DNA of 64,000 bases from an uncultured Gemmatimonadales bacterium (lineage in GTDB: Bacteria; Gemmatimonadota; Gemmatimonadetes; Gemmatimonadales; Gemmatimonadaceae): contig CAVPQB010000001.1 in assembly GCA_963707505.1 (NCBI GenBank), forward strand, positions 147,222-211,221, read 5' to 3'. The notes under the pieces were generated by a model. It did not search any database. It was not told the DNA's origin and saw only the letters and a program-made list of their open reading frames with translations. This document shows positions 19,010 through 29,204 of this stretch, piece by piece (within the stretch, counting starts at the first letter, position 1; every line of letters begins with the position of its first letter). A program made the translations under genes and the position numbers.

Positions 19010-20632
19010 ATGCGCAAATTCCTGCTGGTGGCACTCGGTATTTCCCTGGGCGCAGCTCCACTCGCCGCCACTGACACCTATCCGCGACAACCGGGCATCG
19101 ACGTCCAGCATTACAAGTTCGCGCTCGCCCTCAACGATTCCACCAACGAGATAAGCGGCGACGCCACCATCACGGTCCGGTTCGTAAAGAGCGGCCTCAC
19201 CAGCTTTTTCCTCGATCTCGCCACGCCCACTGCTGGTAAGGGAATGACCGTCACCCGCGTTACCGGTGACAGTAGCTCGCTACACTACACCCACACCGGC
19301 GATCACCTCACTATCACGCTCGCCACACCGACAACTGCCGGTGAGTTGCGCAGATTCAACGTCACGTATCACGGAATTCCCGCGAGCGGACTCTACATCG
19401 GCCAGAACCGCTACGGCGAGCGCGCATTCTTCTCGTGGAACTGGCCCGACAAGGCGCGCCAGTGGCTTCCGATGATAGACCATCCGTCGGACAAGGCAAC
19501 CAGCGAATTCATCATCACAGCGCCAGCAAAGTACGCAGTGGTGTCCAACGGTCTGCTACAGGATGAAATACTGCTCGGTGACGGTCGCAAGCTCACCCAC
19601 TGGAAGCAGTCGGTCCCCATCGCATCGTGGCTCAACGCGATCGGCGTCGAACAGTTCGCAGTGCATCACGCGGGCATGGTGAAGGGTGTCGAGCTGCAAA
19701 CCTGGGTCGCGCACCAGGACCGTGACAATGGAATAACGACTTTCGAAGAGCCGGCACGACAGGCTATCGAGTTCTACAGCGAACACATCGGCCCATATTC
19801 GTACGAAAAGCTCGCCAACGTATCGGCGGCGTTCGGCGGAGGCGGTACCGAACACGCGAGTGCAATCTTTTATGGCGAGAAGGTAGTCTCGGATGCGCCC
19901 GCAACCGCGATCGTCGCGCACGAAGTCGCGCATCAGTGGTTCGGCGATTCCATAACCGAAAGCGATTGGGACGACGCATGGCTCAGCGAGGGCTTCGCGA
20001 CTTACTTCACACTGCTGTTCACCGAGCATTACTCGGGCCGCGATGCATTCGTGTCAGGACTGGTACGTGCGCGCACCACTGCACTCGCCGCCGAGAAGAA
20101 GTTCAATGAGCCGGTAGTACACCGGAATATTTCGGATCTGCGTGGTGTCATCCCGCCGCTCGTATACCAGAAGGGCGGATGGGTTCTTCACATGCTCCGC
20201 GCACAGCTTGGTACCGATACGTTCTGGAAGGGAATCCGCGAGTACTACGCGCGCTATCGCAACTCCAACGCATCCACCGACGATCTGCGTCGCGTGATGG
20301 AAGAAGTATCCGGCCAGAAACTCGGCTGGTTCTTCGATCAGTGGCTCAACCGCGACTACTCGCCGGCGCTCACAGGAACATGGAGCTACGATTCAGCCGC
20401 ACGGAAAGTCTCTGTCGATCTGACCCAGACGCAGTCGGGCGGAGTCTATCGTCTGCCACTCGATGTCGGTCTGGTGAGTGATAGCGCCGGCGTTCCACCA
20501 AAGGTCGCGAAGATCGAGATGACCGGCGCAACGCAACACTTCGATATTCCCGTCACCTCGCCACCACGGGACGTCGTCCTGGATCCAGACACGTGGGTGC
20601 TGATGCAACCACCGAGGTTCACCAAGCGATAG
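19010..20632 (+). CDS. Secreted M1 family aminopeptidase
   Basis: Signal peptide, GGTEH, HEVAHQWFGD, WLSEGFATY, YQKG. Confidence 0.92.
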   Translation: MRKFLLVALGISLGAAPLAATDTYPRQPGIDVQHYKFALALNDSTNEISGDATITVRFVKSGLTSFFLDLATPTAGKGMTVTRVTGDSSSLHYTHTGDHLTITLATPTTAGELRRFNVTYHGIPASGLYIGQNRYGERAFFSWNWPDKARQWLPMIDHPSDKATSEFIITAPAKYAVVSNGLLQDEILLGDGRKLTHWKQSVPIASWLNAIGVEQFAVHHAGMVKGVELQTWVAHQDRDNGITTFEEPARQAIEFYSEHIGPYSYEKLANVSAAFGGGGTEHASAIFYGEKVVSDAPATAIVAHEVAHQWFGDSITESDWDDAWLSEGFATYFTLLFTEHYSGRDAFVSGLVRARTTALAAEKKFNEPVVHRNISDLRGVIPPLVYQKGGWVLHMLRAQLGTDTFWKGIREYYARYRNSNASTDDLRRVMEEVSGQKLGWFFDQWLNRDYSPALTGTWSYDSAARKVSVDLTQTQSGGVYRLPLDVGLVSDSAGVPPKVAKIEMTGATQHFDIPVTSPPRDVVLDPDTWVLMQPPRFTKR

Positions 20633-20656
20633 CGAAGCCGCTGCCGCACGCAACTT

Positions 20657-21844
20657 CTACAGGAGATCCTCGGATGATGGAGCCGCCGCACTCGCTTCGT
20701 CATCCATGAACGGAGCCATGCGTCCGCGCGCTGCAACTGGCCATACCCCCGTCACGCGATCGCCGTCGACAGCGTACAGCACGTCGTTCAGATGCACCAC
20801 TATGCAAACGTGATTCGGCACAATGCGAACGGTGTCCCCGACGCGTGGTCGCCAATCCGTCTTCGACAGATCGAGTATGCCGTGCTCCTCCGACATCGCA
20901 GACACGAGAACATCCTCGTGCCCCATGAGCGCGCCGAAGCCTTCACCGTTCACGCCGCGCATCGGCTCGCGGCCGAGCGCCTTCGAGCCCGCATCGACAA
21001 CAGCCTGACCCGGAACAGCTGTGCTCACTACAGTCGCGAGTACCGTGAACGCGCAATCATCCCACCTGCACGCATTGACAGCCGCCGTCGTACGATCGTT
21101 GAACACGTAAGTACCCGGCCGGAACTCCGTCACCAGCGGCATCTCGTGTGTGCGCCATGCGGTTGGCGTCGATCCGCCGCTCACCGTCGGCGGCTTGAGA
21201 CCGGCTTGCTCGAGAGCCGAAACCGCCTCTCCGAGAGAATCGTTGAGTGCAGAAATCTTCGCCGCTTGATCGTCAGTCGCTTCGCGAATGTGGCCAGGAT
21301 AGAAACAGATCCCTGCATACTCCAGTGAGCTTTCGCCTGTAACCCGCGTGGCCAGCTCGACTACCTGTTTTGCCGCCGCTACGCCGACTCGACGCATTCC
21401 GACATCCAGCTCGATGTACACTCTGATTGTGCGATTCGCGCCAGACGCGGCATCTGCGACCCAGTCGATCGCCTCCGCCGAATCCAGCGCGGTCACGATG
21501 TTCACCGACCTCGGCAACATCAGCAACCGATCGACTTTGAGACCGAGCGGCGGATGCGCGAGCAGCAGGTCCGATGCAACCGAGCTCATGATCTCCATCT
21601 CGCGCGGGGTTGCACAGGTGAGTCCTGCTGCGCCGCGCCGCATTTGCGCAGCGCCAATGACGGTAGTCTTGTGCGTCTTCACATGCGGTCGGAGCTGCAA
21701 CTTGTGCAACCGAGCATACTCAGCCATGCGATCGAGATTGCGCTTCACACGCGGCACCTCGACCAGCGGGGCAGGTGTCTGGATCTGCGCGATCTGTTGC
21801 GGCAATGCTCCCGAATGGCCGGCATCACTGTTGAGCTGATTCAT
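20657..21844 (-). CDS. D-threonine aldolase/D-serine dehydratase-like PLP enzyme (alanine racemase fold)
   Basis: LRPHVKTHK, DAGSKAL, SEEHG, PNHVC. Confidence 0.88.
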   Translation of the reverse strand: MNQLNSDAGHSGALPQQIAQIQTPAPLVEVPRVKRNLDRMAEYARLHKLQLRPHVKTHKTTVIGAAQMRRGAAGLTCATPREMEIMSSVASDLLLAHPPLGLKVDRLLMLPRSVNIVTALDSAEAIDWVADAASGANRTIRVYIELDVGMRRVGVAAAKQVVELATRVTGESSLEYAGICFYPGHIREATDDQAAKISALNDSLGEAVSALEQAGLKPPTVSGGSTPTAWRTHEMPLVTEFRPGTYVFNDRTTAAVNACRWDDCAFTVLATVVSTAVPGQAVVDAGSKALGREPMRGVNGEGFGALMGHEDVLVSAMSEEHGILDLSKTDWRPRVGDTVRIVPNHVCIVVHLNDVLYAVDGDRVTGVWPVAARGRMAPFMDDEASAAAPSSEDLL

Positions 21845-21884
21845 TTTTGTCTCGGACCGCAGGGCGATGTTTGATTAATGGAAA

Positions 21885-22388
21885 CTAGGCTGAACTGCCG
21901 CGCGGAATCGTCAACGTCTGCCATGAGCCGGAGGCGAAGTGCTTCGCCAGGAACACGATCTGGCCGACGTGATAGGCGCCGTGTGTCAACTGTCGATTCA
22001 GCGCTTTCACCACGGAGTGCGGCTCGCTACGAATGTAGATCGTCCTTGCCAGGTCGTCGGGTGTGAGTGCATGCAGCGAGTCGAACGCGCACTTCCACCC
22101 ATACTCCCACGCTTCGAGCAGCTCTCCGCGCGTTGCCGAATCGCTGATCTCGAACTCGGCATCCCGATTCCTGTCCGGCTTCTCGCCGTCGGACGTGAGA
22201 AAGTTTGTCCAGCGCGATCGCAAGTTCCCGGCGAGATGTTTCACGATTACGGCAATGCTGTTCGATTCGTTGTCGAGTGACATGAAGAACTGTTCATCCG
22301 TCACCTGTGCCATCGCCCGATCGGCGAGATCCTTGTAGGTGGCGAACGAACCAATTGCGCTCTGCAGATATTCCGTCTCAATAGACAC
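21885..22388 (-). CDS. DUF1572/DinB superfamily protein
   Basis: NSIAVIVKHLAGN, DGEKPDRNRDAEF, HGAYHVGQI. Confidence 0.88.
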   Translation of the reverse strand: MSIETEYLQSAIGSFATYKDLADRAMAQVTDEQFFMSLDNESNSIAVIVKHLAGNLRSRWTNFLTSDGEKPDRNRDAEFEISDSATRGELLEAWEYGWKCAFDSLHALTPDDLARTIYIRSEPHSVVKALNRQLTHGAYHVGQIVFLAKHFASGSWQTLTIPRGSSA

Positions 22389-22398
22389 GTGTTCCCCC

Positions 22399-24288
22399 TT
22401 ACCAGAGTGTCGCTACCGGCACGTTACGGTCGAAATACATCTTGTAAGGATAATTCTCAGCCACCGCATGGAATGGCTGGAACTTCGGCATCACCCGCTT
22501 GCCGCCGGGTGGATGAACATGAAACACGCCGGCTTGCTTGGGGTCGGCGACGAGCCACCTGTCCAGCTCGTCGTTGTGCATCGGTAGATTGAAGTTGGGA
22601 TCCTGCCAGTCGCCGTCCAGCACCAGAACGACCGGTCCGCGCACAGCTGCAACACGATCGGGATGGAACGAATCCACCGGCTCGAGACGCATGATGAGCG
22701 GAATGTCCAGCTCCACCCTGTCGCCGTCACGCCATTCTCGTGTGATCGAACCCCAGCTGCCAGGCGCGAACGTGGTGTCCACACGTTGTCCGTTCACCGC
22801 GGCGGTTGCGCCGCGAGTCCACGCCGGCACCCGGAACTTGAGCGCAAACCTCGTCGGCTTCTTCATTGCCATCGACAACCTCACCGAGCTGTCCTCGGGA
22901 TAGTTGGTCTCCTGAACTACACGAACGTCGCCATCCCCGCGCGCCCAGGTCACAGTCGACGGAACATACAGATTCACGTACAGCCCGTTCGCATCCTTGT
23001 AATAGATGATGTTGTGATAGTCCGCGACATCCTGGATGTACGTGCCGGAGCAACAGGGAAACCCTTCCCAGTAGCGCGTCTTCATCCCGCCGGCAACGCG
23101 GTAATCGGCATAATAGAAGGCCTCGCCGCGGCCGCGCGGAACCGGCGACGCACCAATTCCGTTGTACAACATCCGCTCCATCCAGTCACCGTAGCGCGAC
23201 TCGCCGGTGAACCGCGTGAGATAGCGCGACAGCTTGAATGCTGCCCACGTTCCGCAAGGCGTCTCGGCAGTGTCCGGACGCGACTCCAGCGATCGCCCAA
23301 GGCTTCCATCCGGCGTCATGAGCCGTTCCGTGGGACCATAACCGCCGGTGGCGAAACACTGCGTATTCTGGAAGTAATCGTAAGCGTTTCTGATTATCCG
23401 CAGGTAACTCGGATCACCCGTTACCTCGTACGCCATCGCCGCGCTACTGAACGTGTTGCAATGGCTGTACGCATGCGCCCCCTGCGCATCCGGCGGGCTC
23501 GCCGTGTTCGCGAACTTGTTCCAGTACGCAGGATACAGCCACACTTCCGCGAACTGCTTGAACAATGGATCGCCGCTCGCCTGGTACGCGCGGTAGAGAT
23601 TCTCCGACAGTGTGTACCACTCGTGCGGGAGGCCGTAATATGTCGTTGGATCGGTCCGATCACGCAGCGACCGCTCGCGACTGAACGTCTTGTCGGCCCA
23701 GCGCGTGATGCTCTGCAGCAACGGCATTGCTTCCGGTACATCACCGTATACGTGCAGATCGACCAGACCGCAGACCATCTTGTCGTAGCCGTATGTACCC
23801 ATGCGGCAGTTGCCGTCTGAGCCGAAGGTCTTGGCCCATTCCCGCACCAGCCCCACCGCCTTGGTCCGTGCAGCCTCGTCTCCGGTCGCACGATACATGC
23901 GCGCGAATCCGCTCAGCCATTGGCCGAAGATCTCATCGGTATTCACCTTCGCCCAGCCACCCAGAGTCTCACCGGGCGCCGGCAGTCCGGCCGCGACGCG
24001 ATACCCCTTGAGTATGTCGTCATCCGGAACGTTCAGATAGAACTCGCGCGCGGCCAGATACTGAGTTCGCCACCGGCTCTCGCTGAGAGTCACACCGCGA
24101 TAGTCGAATGGCTCGAGCGCAATCTTCGCGGCTGACGCGTCCCGCATTGCGTCCGGCATTGCAGCCGGCATTGCGTCCGGCATTGCAGCCGCCCCGGCCC
24201 CCTGCGCGCCAAGCCGCGACCCGATCACCATCAGTCCCGATACGACGGGTACCGCAGCCAGAAAGTCGCGCCTAGAGATGTCTTCCAT
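22399..24288 (-). CDS. Tat-exported GH127-like (beta-L-arabinofuranosidase family) glycoside hydrolase
   Basis: SRRDFL Tat motif, HAYSH, FATGG, ETPC, ERMLYN, FPCCSGT, YVNLYVPS, RGPVVL. Confidence 0.85.
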   Translation of the reverse strand: MEDISRRDFLAAVPVVSGLMVIGSRLGAQGAGAAAMPDAMPAAMPDAMRDASAAKIALEPFDYRGVTLSESRWRTQYLAAREFYLNVPDDDILKGYRVAAGLPAPGETLGGWAKVNTDEIFGQWLSGFARMYRATGDEAARTKAVGLVREWAKTFGSDGNCRMGTYGYDKMVCGLVDLHVYGDVPEAMPLLQSITRWADKTFSRERSLRDRTDPTTYYGLPHEWYTLSENLYRAYQASGDPLFKQFAEVWLYPAYWNKFANTASPPDAQGAHAYSHCNTFSSAAMAYEVTGDPSYLRIIRNAYDYFQNTQCFATGGYGPTERLMTPDGSLGRSLESRPDTAETPCGTWAAFKLSRYLTRFTGESRYGDWMERMLYNGIGASPVPRGRGEAFYYADYRVAGGMKTRYWEGFPCCSGTYIQDVADYHNIIYYKDANGLYVNLYVPSTVTWARGDGDVRVVQETNYPEDSSVRLSMAMKKPTRFALKFRVPAWTRGATAAVNGQRVDTTFAPGSWGSITREWRDGDRVELDIPLIMRLEPVDSFHPDRVAAVRGPVVLVLDGDWQDPNFNLPMHNDELDRWLVADPKQAGVFHVHPPGGKRVMPKFQPFHAVAENYPYKMYFDRNVPVATLW

Positions 24289-24400
24289 TGGGCTTCCATG
24301 AAAATTGGATATAATATCCCCAATTCACGGATATAGCGGTGGGCCGAACTTCCGCAAGTGGCCAGCCCCGGCCGCTCGACATGCTGCCAGCAACTGTGCT

Positions 24401-25159
24401 CTACAGCACGCGCAACGAATCCGTCTCAGCTGCGAGCTCATCCAGATACCGCTTCATCTCCGCCACCCGCTTCGCGCCTTCCCGCTTCGCCGCTGCACTC
24501 TGCAACCGGCCTGGCATCTGAAGCATGTTCTGCCGTATCGCCTCAACCGCATGCGGCAGGTCCGGCGTGAACTTCTCACGCGTCGTCAGCGACAGTATAC
24601 GCGCAATGTCGATGGCGCCAAGAAAATCCAGAATGTCAGCATCGCGAAACAGAGATGCGATTGCGAGAGTATCCGCCGGACGATAGTACTGATGATGATC
24701 GATGATCTCCTTCACCAATGCGGACTTCTCCATCGGAAAGCCCGCATCCCGCAACACGCTGTCCACCAATTGGATCGATCGATCACCATGATCCACGCCA
24801 GCCTCGGCGTACGGAGGGATCCCTCCCATGTCATGCAGATATGCAGCCGCATACAACGCATCATCGTCCACGGCTACGCCTTCTTCGTGCGCCAGCGAAA
24901 GCGTCATCTCGTAATCACGTCGTCCGTGCGCTGGCCCCCACGCGGTATGCTGTAGATGCGCTTCAGCAAATGCGCGAATGTTCGCGCGCCAGGAAGGTGC
25001 AACCGTGGACGAATGCGGCCCGCCCACAATAGGTGTTGCTGTGGTCGCGATAGTTGCCGACGATTGTGCAGATGATGAGATGAATAGCGTCGCGACTACG
25101 ACGACAGGGAGACACCAGGCGATGATGCTGGCGCGACGCGGTGCGGGAAACCCAAACAT
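24401..25159 (-). CDS. HD-domain phosphohydrolase with an N-terminal hydrophobic segment
   Basis: H...LHDMG...DH...HH...DAD motif set; start uncertain. Confidence 0.8.
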   Translation of the reverse strand: MFGFPAPRRASIIAWCLPVVVVATLFISSSAQSSATIATTATPIVGGPHSSTVAPSWRANIRAFAEAHLQHTAWGPAHGRRDYEMTLSLAHEEGVAVDDDALYAAAYLHDMGGIPPYAEAGVDHGDRSIQLVDSVLRDAGFPMEKSALVKEIIDHHQYYRPADTLAIASLFRDADILDFLGAIDIARILSLTTREKFTPDLPHAVEAIRQNMLQMPGRLQSAAAKREGAKRVAEMKRYLDELAAETDSLRVL

Positions 25160-25411
25160 GCACGACTCACTGCTGAGCGTTCGGAGAAGAGGAACCTGGC
25201 GTGAGTCAACGTACTCACGACCGCCCCGAAATGTACGGCCAAACAAGTGAATGGTAAGACGCAGGATGCCAACGGCAATTTCTGTCGATCGAATGTATCC
25301 ACGCTCGCTCAAACACTTGTGGAATCAAGACGGTCATGCTGACCGCATCGCTCGCTGGCTCTCATCGACGACTCACATACATGACTGCTGAATGTTGTAT
25401 CCGTGCAACAA

Positions 25412-26824
25412 TCACCCAATCGGCGCGACCTGATACTGCTCCAGCTTGCCATCCGGCATCTCATATGTCCAGACGCGCAACGTACGCGTCGAGAACTTCG
25501 CGCGATAAACACGCTCGACCATACCGCCGCGATTGGCCTGTGATATCTGTACGAACTCGGCCGGTGCGCCGAGTGGCGCGAGACTGGAGGTGAAATCAAG
25601 TATCGCTTGCGTGCTGAAGTACGCGTTCGCATCGTCCGTGAATAACGAACGGTTTACCGTACCGCGTTGCAACCCCTCAAGAATGTCGCGTGCGAGAGCC
25701 GTGTGCTTCGCCTCTGTCGCATCCTGCGTCGTGAACAGTACCCGCGCAATCTGATCGGCGATCAGACCGTCAGCGGGCGCAGCGTCCTGATTTGTGAGCA
25801 CCACCACTGCGACGCTGTCGTCCGGAAAGACGAGATTCTCAGCGGTGAATCCCGCTACCTCTCCGTTGTGCGCAATCAACCTGTGTCCGCTCATCATGCC
25901 AACGTCGACGCCAAGACCGTACCCGCTGCTGACCCCATCGCGGAGCAGCACCGTCGTCTCCATCGCCTTGTACGATTGCGGCGCGAGTAACGATTGCTTG
26001 ATCATCGCGATGTCCCAGCGCGCCAGATCGCTGGCGGTCATCGCAAGCTCGCCTGCGCCGGCCATCCACCCGGGGCCTGTCGACGTAGCTGGACGTAACG
26101 GACCAAGCGCGTAACGCATGTAACCGATCGGCTGCACCGACGACGGTCCCTTCGCGTCGAAATCGATCGCGCTCTTCATCCCGAGCGGATCGAGAATCCT
26201 GCTCTGCAGAAACTGGAAGAATGGCACGCCACTCGCCTTCTCTACGATCAGCGCTGCGATTACGAAGTTGGTGTTGCTGTACTGCCATTTTGTGCCCGGA
26301 TCGAAATCCAGTGGCTGCTTCGCCCACCTGTCCAGAATTCCCTGCGGCGAGATCGGCTTCTGCATCAACGGCGGCACGTAATCCTGCGGCCAGAAATCCT
26401 GATATCCGGACGTGTGCGACAGCAGCTCGCGAATCGTCACCTCGTCTCCGCGCGTGAGCCCGGGCACGAACCGCGACACGTGATCGTCCAGTGACAGCTT
26501 GCCATCCTGCTGCAACAGAAGCACAGTCGCCGCCGTCAACTGCTTGCTTATCGACCCGATACCGTAGCGCATCTCCGGTGTCGCCGCGACGCTTGGCTCC
26601 AGCTTCGCCGACCCGTATGCGTGCGCGTATACGATGTCACCGTGTCGAACCACTGCAACCGACGCACTCGGCACACCCGTGCTTGCAAGTACCGCCGATG
26701 CTATCGAGTCGATCCGGCCTGCGAGTTGGGGATCCGCGGGACCGGATTGCGCGTTGACGGATATCGGTCCGAGAACAGCGCTACAGAACAGTGCGGCTGC
26801 AACGGAGGCTTGTGCAATGCGCAT
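25412..26824 (-). CDS. Serine hydrolase, beta-lactamase class C-like
   Basis: Signal peptide, GSISK, LLSHTSG, YSNTN, HNG. Confidence 0.9.
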   Translation of the reverse strand: MRIAQASVAAALFCSAVLGPISVNAQSGPADPQLAGRIDSIASAVLASTGVPSASVAVVRHGDIVYAHAYGSAKLEPSVAATPEMRYGIGSISKQLTAATVLLLQQDGKLSLDDHVSRFVPGLTRGDEVTIRELLSHTSGYQDFWPQDYVPPLMQKPISPQGILDRWAKQPLDFDPGTKWQYSNTNFVIAALIVEKASGVPFFQFLQSRILDPLGMKSAIDFDAKGPSSVQPIGYMRYALGPLRPATSTGPGWMAGAGELAMTASDLARWDIAMIKQSLLAPQSYKAMETTVLLRDGVSSGYGLGVDVGMMSGHRLIAHNGEVAGFTAENLVFPDDSVAVVVLTNQDAAPADGLIADQIARVLFTTQDATEAKHTALARDILEGLQRGTVNRSLFTDDANAYFSTQAILDFTSSLAPLGAPAEFVQISQANRGGMVERVYRAKFSTRTLRVWTYEMPDGKLEQYQVAPIG

Positions 26825-26981
26825 GTGGACGCGTGGTGAAGGTCGGAATTCTCCTGCCTATCACAAGCATGCCTAAGATGTGGCGGCAACGCCAGATGGC
26901 GGCTCGCCCGGCGACATCCAACACGCGCCGAATTGGTGGTCATGCGTTCGCGACGACTCCCCCTTCGCGCTACCGAGCCCC

Positions 26982-27320
26982 TTACCGCCCGTCCGGCTTG
27001 AACACTTCCACCGACAACGTGAACGTCCGCGTCTCCGACGCCACCAATGCTCCCACACCAACGATTTGTCGAGCGACTTCCTCACCACGCTCGTTACGGA
27101 TCGACACCACCATGGAATACTCCCACACCTGATCCGCCGCCGGCGGCTTGATGGTTCCGTCCACCTTCAACGCGGTGAAACTCGGAAACACACTCTCGGA
27201 TGACGACGCACCCGAGCGCACGTGGTGCCGGCAGCCGGGACAGACGTTGGCGCTTTCGAGGATCGTTGCCCTGCAGTGCGGGCAACTGCGCGTCTTTCCC
27301 GGCGTCCGTTGATTCACCAT
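26982..27320 (-). CDS. Double Zn-ribbon hypothetical protein
   Basis: CPHC...CPGC followed by a beta-rich domain; 16 bp downstream of bactofilin. Confidence 0.75.
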   Translation of the reverse strand: MVNQRTPGKTRSCPHCRATILESANVCPGCRHHVRSGASSSESVFPSFTALKVDGTIKPPAADQVWEYSMVVSIRNERGEEVARQIVGVGALVASETRTFTLSVEVFKPDGR

Positions 27321-27336
27321 ACTCACGTACAGCTAC

Positions 27337-27873
27337 TCACGCGATGCTGCGCCCTGCAGCCACGTCCGATCGCTGTGGACCTTCCTTGGACCACCCGAAC
27401 TCCACCTGCCCACGCATGCGGGATCCCGCGGCGACAGTGAGCGAGCCAGTGTTGAGATTGCCGTTCAATACGCCGGTAGAGCGTAGCTCCACGCGTGTCG
27501 CACCTTCGATGTTGCCCTCGAGCTCACCATCGATCACGACGTTGCTTGCGCGCACTCCGCCAACCAGCTTCGCACCCGCTTCGATCGTGAGACTTCCCTG
27601 CACGTTCACGTCGCCCTTGAACTGCCCGGCGATGCGCACATCTCCGTTTCCAGTGATCGTGCCCTCGATCGAGAGCCCAGCCGAAATCACTGATTCAGCA
27701 TTCTTCCGCTCCGGACTCGCACTCGAGCTCATGCCCGAGCTCGGGTTGCGCCGCACGGGCTCGTTCGCCGGCGGAAGATCGGCGGACGTCTGAGGCTGGA
27801 CCTCGGGGTCTGGCGTCAACGACAGCGGTGAAGAATCCTTTTTGACCGAGGTCTGTTCCTTCCAGATTGCCAT
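27337..27873 (-). CDS. Bactofilin (polymer-forming cytoskeletal protein, DUF583)
   Basis: SVISAGLSIEGTI, VRIAGQFKGDV, VIDGELEGNI beta-helix repeats; RBS AGGAG. Confidence 0.92.
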   Translation of the reverse strand: MAIWKEQTSVKKDSSPLSLTPDPEVQPQTSADLPPANEPVRRNPSSGMSSSASPERKNAESVISAGLSIEGTITGNGDVRIAGQFKGDVNVQGSLTIEAGAKLVGGVRASNVVIDGELEGNIEGATRVELRSTGVLNGNLNTGSLTVAAGSRMRGQVEFGWSKEGPQRSDVAAGRSIA

Positions 27874-28045
27874 GGTGCGATGCTCCTGATTGATGTATAC
27901 GTGCTTCGACTACTGACTACCGTGGACGACGGCGCCAGCACACGGTCACTGCCGCGGTGCGTCCTGCCTGCACAGAATGCACCACTATTTTTACTCCCCT
28001 GCGCAGCATCAGGGAATAGCCCGTCGAATTTTGTTTACCGCCCGC

Positions 28046-28954
28046 CTACGGAGTCCTCACCGAGTTCTCGGCGACAACGCTCGCTCCCAGCTTTTTTCGT
28101 ACGAACGGTCGTACAAAAGCGGCTGGCGGATTGTGCCCCGTCGCCATGTCGTAAGCCGTCCTGTACATCGCGTTCGCATCACTCTGTCGGCCCATCCGCT
28201 CGTACGTCATCGCCAACAGACAGTGCATGAACGGATCTCGCTCATTCCCCTTCATCGCGACCGCCTTGCTGAACTGCGCCTCGGCAGTCGGCAGATCGTT
28301 CGTGTACAGCGCGACGTAACCGACCAGATACGGTAAGAAACGCTCCTGCTGCGCCGCCATTGCCGTGTCACTGTCGAGTATCTGGCGCGCCTTGGTGATC
28401 TGGCGCTCCGCCTCGGCCTTGTCTCCCTTCCGTGCAGCGAGCCTGCCCAGCGCGTGCGCCAGCCTGTAATCCCAGAGACTGCGAGGATGAGTTTGCGGCG
28501 CCGGCTCCTTCACACCGAGCTCATAACCCTTTCGATACCACTGATCAGCCGCGGCCAGATCGCCCGCGTCGATGCAGACTCGAGCCGCCTCGTTCGCCAT
28601 CTCACCTTCCTGGTAGAACGCATTCTGCGGCTCCGCCTGCTCCCGCGTCGCCCAGTACGCGATTACCATCGACTCATACTTCACCGTATTTGCGCAGTCA
28701 CCATCAAACGCGTACGAAATGGCCATCGCGCGCTGCGCGGCGGCCTTGGCTGCCGGTGCAGTTGCGGTATCGATGATCTTCTGGAAAACAACGCGCGCCT
28801 GCGCCGTCTCACCCTTCAAATCCAGCTGACTCCCCTCCCGCATCGCGGGCGGCATCCCGCCCCCGGGCGCTCCTTGCGCTATCACGCGCGCCGACGATAG
28901 TGACGTCGCAATGAGTGCCGCTGACGTGATCGCACGGAGATGAATCGTCCTCAT
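28046..28954 (-). CDS. Secreted TPR-like protein
   Basis: RBS AGGAGGAGG, signal peptide, TPR-like helical repeats. Confidence 0.7.
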   Translation of the reverse strand: MRTIHLRAITSAALIATSLSSARVIAQGAPGGGMPPAMREGSQLDLKGETAQARVVFQKIIDTATAPAAKAAAQRAMAISYAFDGDCANTVKYESMVIAYWATREQAEPQNAFYQEGEMANEAARVCIDAGDLAAADQWYRKGYELGVKEPAPQTHPRSLWDYRLAHALGRLAARKGDKAEAERQITKARQILDSDTAMAAQQERFLPYLVGYVALYTNDLPTAEAQFSKAVAMKGNERDPFMHCLLAMTYERMGRQSDANAMYRTAYDMATGHNPPAAFVRPFVRKKLGASVVAENSVRTP

Positions 28955-29150
28955 CTTGACCGTCCTCCTCCTTCGCTCAGGTTGGTGGGGTGCATCGGAC
29001 TTGTCCGGCACCGGCGTTTCGCCCATTACAGCTCCGGTTATATGTTCGCCTCCGTACCGTGCTTCTGGCTAGTGGCAGGCCACGACTATTCGTGGTTCGC
29101 TATCCCGGGTTGCGACAGAAACTCCCTCGCGGCGCCGTTCGGCGACGCAA

Positions 29151-29187
29151 ATGGGGGCGGGGATGCATATGCACCCCCGCCCCCCAT
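29151..29187. terminator. GC-rich hairpin downstream of the CocE gene
   Basis: ATGGGGGCGGGG...CCCCGCCCCCAT inverted repeat; short T-tract on the minus strand. Confidence 0.55.
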
Positions 29188-29204
29188 TCCCGACTGAAAC
29201 CGAG

